A stretch of 64,000 nt of DNA from an uncultured Bacteroidales bacterium (GTDB taxonomy: Bacteria > Bacteroidota > Bacteroidia > Bacteroidales > Paludibacteraceae). Positions 1-8,693 of this stretch are shown here, piece by piece. The stretch's first letter is position 1. Each line of letters opens with the position of its first letter. Below the pieces are notes generated by a model. That model made no database searches, had not been told where the DNA came from, and saw nothing but the letters and a program-made list of their open reading frames with translations. The translations under genes were made by a program, and so were the position numbers. The DNA lies in contig CAMIZG010000004.1 in NCBI GenBank assembly GCA_946403215.1, positions 7,454-71,453 on the forward strand. Reading direction: 5' to 3'.

Positions 1-1206
1 CTCGTTGCCGAACCAGTCCTCCCAGCCTATGTTCCAGCCCTCGACCAGCACGCCGTCGAAGCCGTACTTGGCTGCGAAATCAATATATCGCTTCACGTTG
101 GCGGTGTTGGCACCGTGGCGGCCGTGAGGTTTGGCTTTGCTGTAGTCGGTTACACCGATGTGGATGGACGGGAAGTCCCAGGTGTACGACCAGTCGGCAC
201 TACCGGCAATCATCTCCCACCATACGCCTACGTACTTCATCGGCTTGATCCATGAGGTGTCCTCAATCTTGCAAGGCTCGTTCAGGTTGAGTACGATGCG
301 CGAGGCAAGAATGTCCTTCGCCGTCTCGCCCACCATGATCACACGCCACGGACTGGTGGCATCGGTCTGGATGTGCCCTTTCGAACCGTCGATGTCCGGC
401 GTGAGCCACGAGGTGAAGACCATATTCTTGTCATCCAGGTTCAGGTGCATACAGCTGTAGTTGAGCAGAGCGGCCTCGTGGATGTTCAGCCACTTGCCGC
501 TGTTCGTTTTCAGCAGTACGGGTGTCTGCACACCGGTAGTGGAGAAATTGGTGGTGGAGAGGTTCGCCTTGCTGGTTTTCTCCTGAATGCCGCGTATCTC
601 GCTCAGACGGCAGCGCGTGTATTCGTACTCCTGCGTGTCGTAGTCGCCTGGAATCCAATAGGCGGTGATGTCACCCGGCATCACAAACTCCGTGTGCTCT
701 TCCTCAATGACGAAGTAGTTGAGGTTCTTCTGCTGCGGGAAGATGTAGCGGAAACCGAGGCCGTCGTCATACAGGCGGAACTGAATCTGAATATAGCGGT
801 CTTTCTCCGGTTGCTTGAGCGTGATAAGCATCTCGTGATAACTGTCATGAATCCTGCGCTCCTCGCCCCAAACCGGCTCCCACCAGCTGTCGCGGATGTA
901 CCGCTCGCTGCCGGTCATCACAAAGCCGTTCATCAGGCCGTTGGTGCTACTCTCGATCTCCTTCTCCTCCTTGTAGTCATTGAAATCACCACGGGAGTGC
1001 TCGCCACGGAGCGCGATGCCAAGGTGCGACGGACGGATAACGGTGTCGCCTTTGCACAGCAGCCAATATACAGGACGGCCGTCCTGCACATCGAAGTACG
1101 CTGTAAGGTTCAGCGATGGAGACTCAACTTTCTCGATGGCGCTTAACGGACAAAAGAACGCTGCGCTCAAAGACAAAAGGCAAAAGACTAAAATGTATTT
1201 CTTCAT
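1..1206 (-). CDS. GH97 alpha-glucosidase (SusB-like), N-terminal 402 codons; gene continues beyond left window edge
   Basis: Minus-strand frame is open from ATG (1206..1204) to base 1. It is absent from the ORF track because it runs off the edge. Own translation starts MKKYILVFCLLSLSAAFFCPLS (signal peptide) and reaches FDGVLVEGWNIGWEDWFGNE at the edge, collinear with SusB-type GH97 enzymes. Confidence 0.8.
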   Translation of the reverse strand, partial: MKKYILVFCLLSLSAAFFCPLSAIEKVESPSLNLTAYFDVQDGRPVYWLLCKGDTVIRPSHLGIALRGEHSRGDFNDYKEEKEIESSTNGLMNGFVMTGSERYIRDSWWEPVWGEERRIHDSYHEMLITLKQPEKDRYIQIQFRLYDDGLGFRYIFPQQKNLNYFVIEEEHTEFVMPGDITAYWIPGDYDTQEYEYTRCRLSEIRGIQEKTSKANLSTTNFSTTGVQTPVLLKTNSGKWLNIHEAALLNYSCMHLNLDDKNMVFTSWLTPDIDGSKGHIQTDATSPWRVIMVGETAKDILASRIVLNLNEPCKIEDTSWIKPMKYVGVWWEMIAGSADWSYTWDFPSIHIGVTDYSKAKPHGRHGANTANVKRYIDFAAKYGFDGVLVEGWNIGWEDWFGNE

Positions 1207-1261
1207 AATTCTATGATTTTTCTAGTTGTATAGTTGAATAGCCGTCTAGTTGGCTAGTTTA

Positions 1262-3748
1262 TTATTTCTCGATGACCAACATCGTCCAGTATTGCAGGGC
1301 GGGTAGGGTGAGGGTGAGTGTGCCGCCGTTGTACGACCATTCGGGCTCAACGGTTGCACCTTGCTGCCAGTCGGGGGAAGCCACCCATACGCGGCTGGGT
1401 CGCGATTGTACGGCAAGGGATATAGGCACATTGGTCAGCAGTTCTTGCGCGGGCTGGTCGCCATTGGTGTCGCACCAGTCGAGGTGCGTGGCACCACGGT
1501 AGGACAGCAGGTGGATCACATCGCGGTTGCCAACCTGACGACCGACGGTAGCCACCTGATTTTTGACAGGTGCCCACTGATTGAATGTGCATGCGCCATT
1601 CGTGCAGGTCACATCCACGCCGAACCAGTCGCTGTTGACGCCTCCGGCAGGAACGTCGGGACGGAGCAGCTCTTCATACGCCACGACGAAGTCGTAGTAA
1701 TGGATCATGGCGCGTTGGAGCTGCTCTGTCATCGACAGGTTGTTCATCGGGAAGTACTCATGGCACAACATATGTTCGCCCATCTGTAGGATGGTGCCTC
1801 CCCAAGCGGATGCCGCTGCGGTAGCCATCAGTACACCCGGGGTGTTGAATGTGCCGCTACCCTGCAGCGCCAAGTCGTAATCCATATAGGCGGCGAGCAC
1901 GGTCTGCTTGCCGTTAGACCACTCGGCATTCTCGGTGATGATGTCCGAGAAGACCTTATATCCTTCAGTGTCGCTATGCTGCCATACCTCGCTGTAGCAG
2001 AAATCTGTTGCCGATGGCGCGATTTGTCCGTACTGTCCGTACTGCCATACGGCGTTCATCACCAGCCGTTTGTCGGGGCGCGCGGTCTTCTCGCCTGCAA
2101 TGAACGAACCGAAGTCCGACCATACAACTATCTCATTGCCGCTGTAGTCATAAACTGTGGCAGGTCGCGGACCTAACTGGTCGATCTGCCAACCGTCGAA
2201 GTCAAAGACAGAGTAGACCTCGTCGTTGCGTTGACGCAGGTAATCGCGCCAGCCCTGACTATGCAGGTTGGCCAGATAGATATTACTCTTGAACGGCTCA
2301 CCTAAGGTGTGGGTGTCCGGCTGCGAGTGCTGCTGATCGGTGTACATCAGCCATTCGGGGCTCACGCCATCCGCCGCATAATCCTCCAGACAACCGTAGC
2401 CAAGGTTGTAGAACAGGGTCAGCATCCCGCGTTGGTGCGCGCCGCTGATGTAATCCTGTATGGTTTTCTTGTAGCAGTTGCGCGTCAATATATCCTTCCA
2501 CTCGTCCATCGGGTTGGCAGCACTGCCTGCCAGCGGATGATGGTGCTTCCAGTGCCAGTCCTGGAACTGCACGTAGTTGATGTGGTAGCGGCTAAGCTTA
2601 TCCAGTACTGCATTGATCTGCGCGTCAGACATATTACTGAACGACGAGAGGAATCCGTTACGCGGGAAGCGGCTGGGTTCGGAGCTGACATCGATGCCGA
2701 TAGAGGCAATCACGTTGTCCTGACCGTTGTCAGTCACGAACAGCTCTGCCATATATCCGCGGAAATCCTCGTTAGGCGTCTGCCAAGTCCAGGTCTGTGC
2801 ATTGACGGTTTGCTGGCTGAGCACCTGCCCCAGATGTTTATAACGAACCTTAACGGTTTGCTCCGGCAGGTTCTTCAGATTGAAGGTAACTACATCGCCC
2901 GGACGGTACGCCGCTTTGTCCGTACCCAACGGGTTAGCTACGGCGTTAGCAACCTCGGCCTGCGAGGTGACGGTGATCGTGAGCCGGTCGAGGTGCACGT
3001 CAATGGCGTATTCGCCGGTGGCAGGAATCTGCCACTTGTAGTCGTAATAATCATTGTCTGAATTACGCAGATGCATCTTGGTCGGGTCATCCCAGTCACG
3101 CACATAGCACGGATACCAGTCATAGGTGTTGGTTAAAAGCTTGAACTCTCCCTGGTTGAGTGTTCCCGTCCAGGTGAAGTGCTCCGCATCATTGGCATCG
3201 GCGTTCATCGGGGTGGCGTTCTCTATATACCAGCCGCCCGGCGTAGCATCACCAATCATGTAGATGGGAGCAGGTTGGATAGAGATAGTCAGATCGCGGA
3301 TGTTCGCATCCACCGTATAGCGTCCCGCCTTGGTGATCGTCCATTTATGATCAGGATAATCGGCATCGACCTCGCGGTAGTGCATCTTGGTCGGGTCTTC
3401 CCAATCGCGCACAAAGCACGGAAGCCATGCCGTGTTGGATGTCAGCAGCTTGAACTCTCCCTGATTGAGCACGCCTGACCAGATAAAACGATCGGCATCG
3501 CTATTGTCCTGGCGCATCCGCGTGGCGTTCTCAATGAACCAGCCGCCCGGCGTAGCGTCACCGATCATGTACAAGGCATCGGTCGGGTCGGGAACATGGA
3601 TGTCCACAAAGATGATGCTGTCTATATCGCTGATCTGCGCGCTGTAAGCAGCCGTGTTGCCCTGCATGACACGCAGTTCCGTCCGCGTGCCTGCATATAA
3701 GGTGGTCAGAAGAGCAAGAACTGCCAATATGATGAATACCTTTTTCAT
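1262..3748 (-). CDS. GH66 dextranase with two N-terminal SusE/F-like (putative glycan-binding) modules
   Basis: 828-aa ORF with ATG start and a type-I signal peptide. Two ~98-aa repeats (YMIGDATPGGW...GEFKLL...DPTKMH...LTI) precede a catalytic region with FPRNGFLSS...RYHINYVQFQDWHWKHHHPLAGS and GGTILQMGEHMLCHEYFP, typical of GH66. Context is a Sus-like PUL with GH97. Confidence 0.85.
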   Translation of the reverse strand: MKKVFIILAVLALLTTLYAGTRTELRVMQGNTAAYSAQISDIDSIIFVDIHVPDPTDALYMIGDATPGGWFIENATRMRQDNSDADRFIWSGVLNQGEFKLLTSNTAWLPCFVRDWEDPTKMHYREVDADYPDHKWTITKAGRYTVDANIRDLTISIQPAPIYMIGDATPGGWYIENATPMNADANDAEHFTWTGTLNQGEFKLLTNTYDWYPCYVRDWDDPTKMHLRNSDNDYYDYKWQIPATGEYAIDVHLDRLTITVTSQAEVANAVANPLGTDKAAYRPGDVVTFNLKNLPEQTVKVRYKHLGQVLSQQTVNAQTWTWQTPNEDFRGYMAELFVTDNGQDNVIASIGIDVSSEPSRFPRNGFLSSFSNMSDAQINAVLDKLSRYHINYVQFQDWHWKHHHPLAGSAANPMDEWKDILTRNCYKKTIQDYISGAHQRGMLTLFYNLGYGCLEDYAADGVSPEWLMYTDQQHSQPDTHTLGEPFKSNIYLANLHSQGWRDYLRQRNDEVYSVFDFDGWQIDQLGPRPATVYDYSGNEIVVWSDFGSFIAGEKTARPDKRLVMNAVWQYGQYGQIAPSATDFCYSEVWQHSDTEGYKVFSDIITENAEWSNGKQTVLAAYMDYDLALQGSGTFNTPGVLMATAAASAWGGTILQMGEHMLCHEYFPMNNLSMTEQLQRAMIHYYDFVVAYEELLRPDVPAGGVNSDWFGVDVTCTNGACTFNQWAPVKNQVATVGRQVGNRDVIHLLSYRGATHLDWCDTNGDQPAQELLTNVPISLAVQSRPSRVWVASPDWQQGATVEPEWSYNGGTLTLTLPALQYWTMLVIEK

Positions 3749-4221
3749 TGCTTGATAAATTTAACGATTTCCGCGCCTACCTGTAAGATGTAGTTTCCTA
3801 CTTGCAAATCGTTCACATCCACTATCGCCGTACTTCCTATGGCTGTTGCCGAGAGGAGCATCTGACCTTGCAGCGAATAGACACGTATAACTTGTTCGTC
3901 ATCCAGCCCCTGAATGATCAGTTGCGATTGTGTCGGGTTAGGATAAACCTGAATAACCGTAACTGACGGCTGAACCGTTTCGGTTGGAGTATCCTGTCGA
4001 TCTGCAAAAATGATTTTCCGCGTCTCATGTACAGATTTGCATCCCAACCGCACTCCCTGCTTGTCGTACAGACAGGCAGCGTTATCCTCAAACCGGATTT
4101 TCCCGATACATTGCACCGCATAGCTGAGTTCTGCTCCGGCTAAAGGCTCAATCACCAGATGGGATTCGGCGCATACAAACACCGACCATAAGAGTCCTAC
4201 TATGGTTAACAATCTTTTCAC
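3745..4221 (-). CDS. Small secreted protein consisting of a ~70-aa domain plus a canonical T9SS type-A C-terminal sorting domain
   Basis: 158-aa ORF with GTG start at 4221. It overlaps both GH66 genes by 4 nt (3745-3748 and 4218-4221). Signal peptide MKRLLTIVGLLWSVFVCA; C-terminus VYPNPTQSQLIIQGL...IRVYSLQGQML...LQVGNYILQVGAEIVKFIKQ matches the Por_Secre_tail pattern. Confidence 0.6.
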   Translation of the reverse strand: MKRLLTIVGLLWSVFVCAESHLVIEPLAGAELSYAVQCIGKIRFEDNAACLYDKQGVRLGCKSVHETRKIIFADRQDTPTETVQPSVTVIQVYPNPTQSQLIIQGLDDEQVIRVYSLQGQMLLSATAIGSTAIVDVNDLQVGNYILQVGAEIVKFIKQ

Positions 4222-6005
4222 TTCTCAACGACAATCATCGTCCAATACTGCAATGCAGGCACTGTTATGTTCAGTGTGCCACTCTCGTAGCTCCATTCGG
4301 GCTCGATGGCTGCACCCTGCTGCCAATCGGGGGTGGCTACCCATACGCGAGCAGGCTTGCTGCCGACCTCAAGCGAAACAGGTATATTCGTCAGCATGCT
4401 CTGCGCAGCCTGGTCGCCATCGCTGTCGCACCAGTCAAGGTGCGTGGCGTTGCGATAAGAGAGCAGGTGGATCACATCGCGGCTACCGACATGACGGCCA
4501 ACAGTAGCAATCTGATCCTTGACGGGGCCCCACTGGTTGAAAGTGCATGCGCCATCCTTACCGGTCACATCCACGCCGAACCAGTCGGTGTTGACGCCGC
4601 CAGCAGGAGCATCGGGACGGAGCAGGTTCTCGTAGGCGACGGCAAAGTCGTAGTAACGGATCATCGCGCGCTTGAGCTGGCCTGTCATACTCAGGTTGTC
4701 GTCGGGGAAATACTCATGGCATAGCATGTGCTCGCCCATCTGCAGGATAGTGCCGCCCCAGGCGGATGCTGCTGCGGTAGCCATGATGATACCCGGGGTG
4801 TTGAAGTAGCCGCGACCTTTGAGCCCGAGGTCGTAGTTCAGATATGCAGCGAGCACGGTCTGCTTGCCGCCAGACCAACGGGCATTGTCGGTGATGATGT
4901 TCGAAAAGACGGAGTAACCATTGGTGTTGCTGTGCTCCCAGACCTCGGTATAGAGGAAATCTACCGGAGCGGTAGCAATCTGTTCCTGCTGTCCGTACTG
5001 CCCTACAGCGTTCATGACGATGCGCTTGGAGGGCTGGGCGGCTTTCTCGTTAGCAATGAACGAACCGAAGGCAGCCTGTACGTCAATGTTTCTGCCTTCA
5101 TAATCATATACGGCGGTAGGTCGAGCCCCTAACTGATCAATCTGCCAGCCGTCAAAGTTAAAAGTTGAATAAACCTCATCATTGCGTTGACGGAGATAGT
5201 CGCGCCAGCCCTGGTCATGCATGTTCGCCAGATAGATAGCACTCTTGAAGGGCGAACCAAGAGGGTGGTTGTCGATGTTCTGGTGCAACCGGTCGGTGTA
5301 CATCAGCCACTCACGGCTGACATCATCGGTGGCAAAATCCTCCAGACAGCCGTAACCAAGGTTGTAGAACAGGGTCAGCATGCCGCGCTCGTGTGCACCG
5401 TCGATGTATGCCTGTACGGTTGAGCGGTAGCAGTTGCGGGAGATGATGTCCGTCCACACATCCATCGGCTGCGTAGCACTGCCTGCCAGCGGATGATGGT
5501 GCTTCCAGTGCCAGTCCTGGAACTGCACATAATTAATATGATAGCGGTTAAGGTCGCCTAATATGGCGTTGATCTCTTTTTGCGACATACTGCCGTACGA
5601 CGAGAGGAATCCGTTTCTGGGGAAGCGGCTCGGCTCGGAGCTGACGTCAATACCTACGGAAGCAATCACACTATCCTTGCCGCCGATGGTGGCGTGCAGC
5701 TCAGCCATATATCCTTGGAAATCCTCGGTAGGCGGCTGCCACGTCCATGACTGTGCACTGACGGCCGACTGACTGAGCACTTCGCCCAGATGGGTGTAGC
5801 GCACCTGTACAGCCTGCTCAGGCATACTGTTCAGACTAAACTTCACTACTTCACCGGGCTTGTATGCAGCCTTGTCGGTACTTAGCAGATTGGGGATATA
5901 ACTCTCACCATAGGTGATAGGGTCATTCTCCGGACTGATTATGTTACATGCCCATAGGAGCAGGGAACAAAGAACAAGGACGAAAGACATTATGCTATTT
6001 TTCAT
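4218..6005 (-). CDS. GH66 dextranase, lipoprotein paralogue
   Basis: 595-aa ORF with ATG start and lipobox LLLWAC. Catalytic region is near-collinear with the 828-aa paralogue (SSEPSRFPRNGFLSS, RYHINYVQFQDWHWKHHHPLAGS, GGTILQMGEHMLCHEYFP). It lacks the N-terminal repeat modules. Confidence 0.85.
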   Translation of the reverse strand: MKNSIMSFVLVLCSLLLWACNIISPENDPITYGESYIPNLLSTDKAAYKPGEVVKFSLNSMPEQAVQVRYTHLGEVLSQSAVSAQSWTWQPPTEDFQGYMAELHATIGGKDSVIASVGIDVSSEPSRFPRNGFLSSYGSMSQKEINAILGDLNRYHINYVQFQDWHWKHHHPLAGSATQPMDVWTDIISRNCYRSTVQAYIDGAHERGMLTLFYNLGYGCLEDFATDDVSREWLMYTDRLHQNIDNHPLGSPFKSAIYLANMHDQGWRDYLRQRNDEVYSTFNFDGWQIDQLGARPTAVYDYEGRNIDVQAAFGSFIANEKAAQPSKRIVMNAVGQYGQQEQIATAPVDFLYTEVWEHSNTNGYSVFSNIITDNARWSGGKQTVLAAYLNYDLGLKGRGYFNTPGIIMATAAASAWGGTILQMGEHMLCHEYFPDDNLSMTGQLKRAMIRYYDFAVAYENLLRPDAPAGGVNTDWFGVDVTGKDGACTFNQWGPVKDQIATVGRHVGSRDVIHLLSYRNATHLDWCDSDGDQAAQSMLTNIPVSLEVGSKPARVWVATPDWQQGAAIEPEWSYESGTLNITVPALQYWTMIVVEK

Positions 6006-7120
6006 AATTTCGTGAAGGATATTTTGGTGTTTTTAATATCAATGCGAATGTTCCATGTGCCGGTTTCGGGTATGCGCCACTTGTTGTCGGGATCACCGCT
6101 GTGGATGTCATATGTGCCGTCCTCTGTGGGTGCGCAATCGGCAGTAGGAGCGTAGATCATCTCACCCGACCAATCATGTTTGATCTCCGTGGGGAACTTG
6201 ATCTCTCCGGCAAAGAGCTTACCGTTGTAGGTGAAGATGTCGGGTTCGGGGTGACTCATTTCGGTCACAGCGTCCCAACTCCAACCTCCCGGTGTGGCGT
6301 CGCCGATCATATATATATGGCTGTATGTCTCTTCTACCGGCGGTTCGCTATGCGCTGTGATGGCAATAGTCAACTCCTCGGTATCCACATCAATGGTGTA
6401 GTTACCCGTATATGGAATCGCCCACTTGTAGTCCGGATAATCCTCCTCCGTCTCGCGGTAGTGCATCTTGGTCGGATCATCCTCGTCACGCACATAGCAG
6501 GGCAGCCATTCTTCGGTGGACAGAAGGATCTTGAACTCACCTTTGTTCATCGGTCCGCTCCAGGTGTAGCGGGACGGATGGTCGGTATCCACCGTCATGC
6601 TGATTGCACGGCTCGGATCCCAGCCGTTAGGCGTGGCGTCGCCTACGAGGTAGAGAGGTATGACGGGTGCAGCCCGCTTGATAACGATAGGTACAACGGG
6701 GGAAACCTGCTCGTCGCCCGTCATGAGCACTTTGGCGCGTACACGCAGCTCAAACGCGTAGTACTGATCGTCCTGCATCAGCGGGAAGAAGTCGCTCAAT
6801 GTGTCTGCCAGTTCGATGTGCGAAAGTGCCAAGGTACGATCCATGGTGCGCCCTATCTCAAAGTGCATCCCACCGGCAAAACCGTTGCCCGCCTCGTCCA
6901 GATCAATGGTGTAGGCGATTGCTGAGCCTGTGCCGTTGTTCGTGCCAGCCGTCCATGTGAGTTGCAGTGCGGTCACCCCTCCAAGATGGGGTGCGCAGCT
7001 CACGGTGTCCGCCGATGCGGTGAGCACCAGCTTGGTGTCACGCTCCGGTTCGACCACCGGTTTCTCGCATGAGCTGAACAGAACAGCTATGATTGCTGTG
7101 AAAAAAAGTATTCGTTTCAT
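6002..7120 (-). CDS. SusE/SusF-like surface glycan-binding lipoprotein
   Basis: 372-aa ORF with lipobox LFSSC, positioned immediately after SusD. It contains two modules (LYLVGDATPNGW...GEFKILL...DPTKMHYRE... and IYMIGDATPGGW...) homologous to those fused to the 828-aa GH66. Confidence 0.75.
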   Translation of the reverse strand: MKRILFFTAIIAVLFSSCEKPVVEPERDTKLVLTASADTVSCAPHLGGVTALQLTWTAGTNNGTGSAIAYTIDLDEAGNGFAGGMHFEIGRTMDRTLALSHIELADTLSDFFPLMQDDQYYAFELRVRAKVLMTGDEQVSPVVPIVIKRAAPVIPLYLVGDATPNGWDPSRAISMTVDTDHPSRYTWSGPMNKGEFKILLSTEEWLPCYVRDEDDPTKMHYRETEEDYPDYKWAIPYTGNYTIDVDTEELTIAITAHSEPPVEETYSHIYMIGDATPGGWSWDAVTEMSHPEPDIFTYNGKLFAGEIKFPTEIKHDWSGEMIYAPTADCAPTEDGTYDIHSGDPDNKWRIPETGTWNIRIDIKNTKISFTKL

Positions 7121-7175
7121 TGTCTTGTATTTTTCGTGATATCGTGATTACGTAATGACGTGATGACGATGCTAT

Positions 7176-8678
7176 TTACCATCCTGGATTCTGGGTTAAC
7201 AGTTCATTCGCCTCAATCTCCTGCATCGGAATCGGGAAGAGCAGGTGCTTGGTTGTGGCAGCCGTCTTGCCGATGGAGTGCAGGAAGTTGAGCGCGTAGT
7301 TGTTCGGGTAGCGCAGCATGTCAAACCAGCGGTGTCCCTCAAAGGCAAGTTCGATACGCCGCTCGTGGATGATCTTATCACGCATCTGTGCTTGCGACAG
7401 TCCTTCAACTTGTGCCCGATTGGTCAGTCCGGCACGTTTGCGCACAAGATAGAGCGGTGCTTCGGCCTCAATGGTACGTCCCAGTTCGTTGAGCGCCTCT
7501 GCCTCCATGAGCAGCACATCAGCGTAGCGGGTGACAACCCAGTTCTGGTCGCTGGTGTTGTAGTCGGGCGACTGCGCCTTGGTGAGCAGGAACTTACGGA
7601 CGTTATAGCCTGTTGTGGACCATGTGCCGCTGTACGTATAACCATCAAAGGTCGGGCAACCGGTGTAGAAGATCGTCTTGTCCTTACGGAGGTCACCCGG
7701 CTCGTATTGTCCCACAAACTCCGTGGTGGGTTGGTTCCAGCCGTAGCAGCCTGCCGCCATGCCGGAGTTACGCGGACCCTGGTAGGTGCTGATCCAGGAT
7801 GACTGGTTCTCGTTCGACCAGAAATCCTTGTTCGTCTTGCCGTAGTACTGCACCTCGAAGATCGACTCCACGCCGTTCTGCTTGGCGGGGTTGAAGTTGT
7901 CAGAGTAGTTGGCAGCCAACTGGTAGCCCATAGCCGTTATCTCGCGGCACAGACGCACCACCTCTTCGTAGCGCGAGGCGTCAGGCCGGTAGGTGAGATA
8001 CACGCGTGCCAGTTCGGCCATGGCGGCTTCCTTGGTAGCACGACCTATATCCTTGCTGCCGTACTTGCTGCGCTGGGGCAGCAGAGCGATGGCCTGATTC
8101 AGATCGTCGGTGATCAGATCATAGATCTCTTCGACCGAAGCACGCTTCATTTTCAACTCGCTGTCGGCTGTGAGCGGCTGGGTAGGCATCGGTACGCCGC
8201 CGAACAGACGCACCAATATAAAGTAGTAGTGCGCGCGCAGGAAATGCGCTTCGCCCAGCAGGCGGTTCTTCATCTCGTTGTCTATATTCATCTGCGGCAC
8301 ATTGGCAAGCACGAAGTTGCAGCGCAGGATTCCCGGCGACGGTCCGCGCCAGAGGTCAAGGGCGGCGAAGTTGTCGGAGGTGGCGATGTAGTTGGCCATC
8401 TCTACGGTCTCCAATCCGTCCGTACCGCCACCGGCACCTACTACGCTCTCGCCGGCAATAATATCCAGCGTCCAGATACGCATGTTATAGAGCTTAGGCC
8501 ACTGCAGCGGCTGATAGCAAGCGTTGACAGCTGCTATGGCATCGGCCTCGGTCACGAATCCGTTGGTCGTATCTACCGAATCCCAAGGCTTGCGCTCCAG
8601 GAAGTTGCAGGAGGAGAGCAGCATCATCAGAATGATGATATTTGAAATCTTAAATCCTAAATTTGAAATATTTTTCAT
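7176..8678 (-). CDS. SusD/RagB-family outer-membrane lipoprotein
   Basis: 500-aa ORF with lipobox LLSSC. SusD-type helical motifs are present (LGEAHFLRAHYYFILVRLFGGVP, RRIELAFEGHRWFDMLR). It lies directly downstream of the SusC-like gene. Confidence 0.9.
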   Translation of the reverse strand: MKNISNLGFKISNIIILMMLLSSCNFLERKPWDSVDTTNGFVTEADAIAAVNACYQPLQWPKLYNMRIWTLDIIAGESVVGAGGGTDGLETVEMANYIATSDNFAALDLWRGPSPGILRCNFVLANVPQMNIDNEMKNRLLGEAHFLRAHYYFILVRLFGGVPMPTQPLTADSELKMKRASVEEIYDLITDDLNQAIALLPQRSKYGSKDIGRATKEAAMAELARVYLTYRPDASRYEEVVRLCREITAMGYQLAANYSDNFNPAKQNGVESIFEVQYYGKTNKDFWSNENQSSWISTYQGPRNSGMAAGCYGWNQPTTEFVGQYEPGDLRKDKTIFYTGCPTFDGYTYSGTWSTTGYNVRKFLLTKAQSPDYNTSDQNWVVTRYADVLLMEAEALNELGRTIEAEAPLYLVRKRAGLTNRAQVEGLSQAQMRDKIIHERRIELAFEGHRWFDMLRYPNNYALNFLHSIGKTAATTKHLLFPIPMQEIEANELLTQNPGW

Positions 8679-8693
8679 ATCTGTTCCTCCTCG

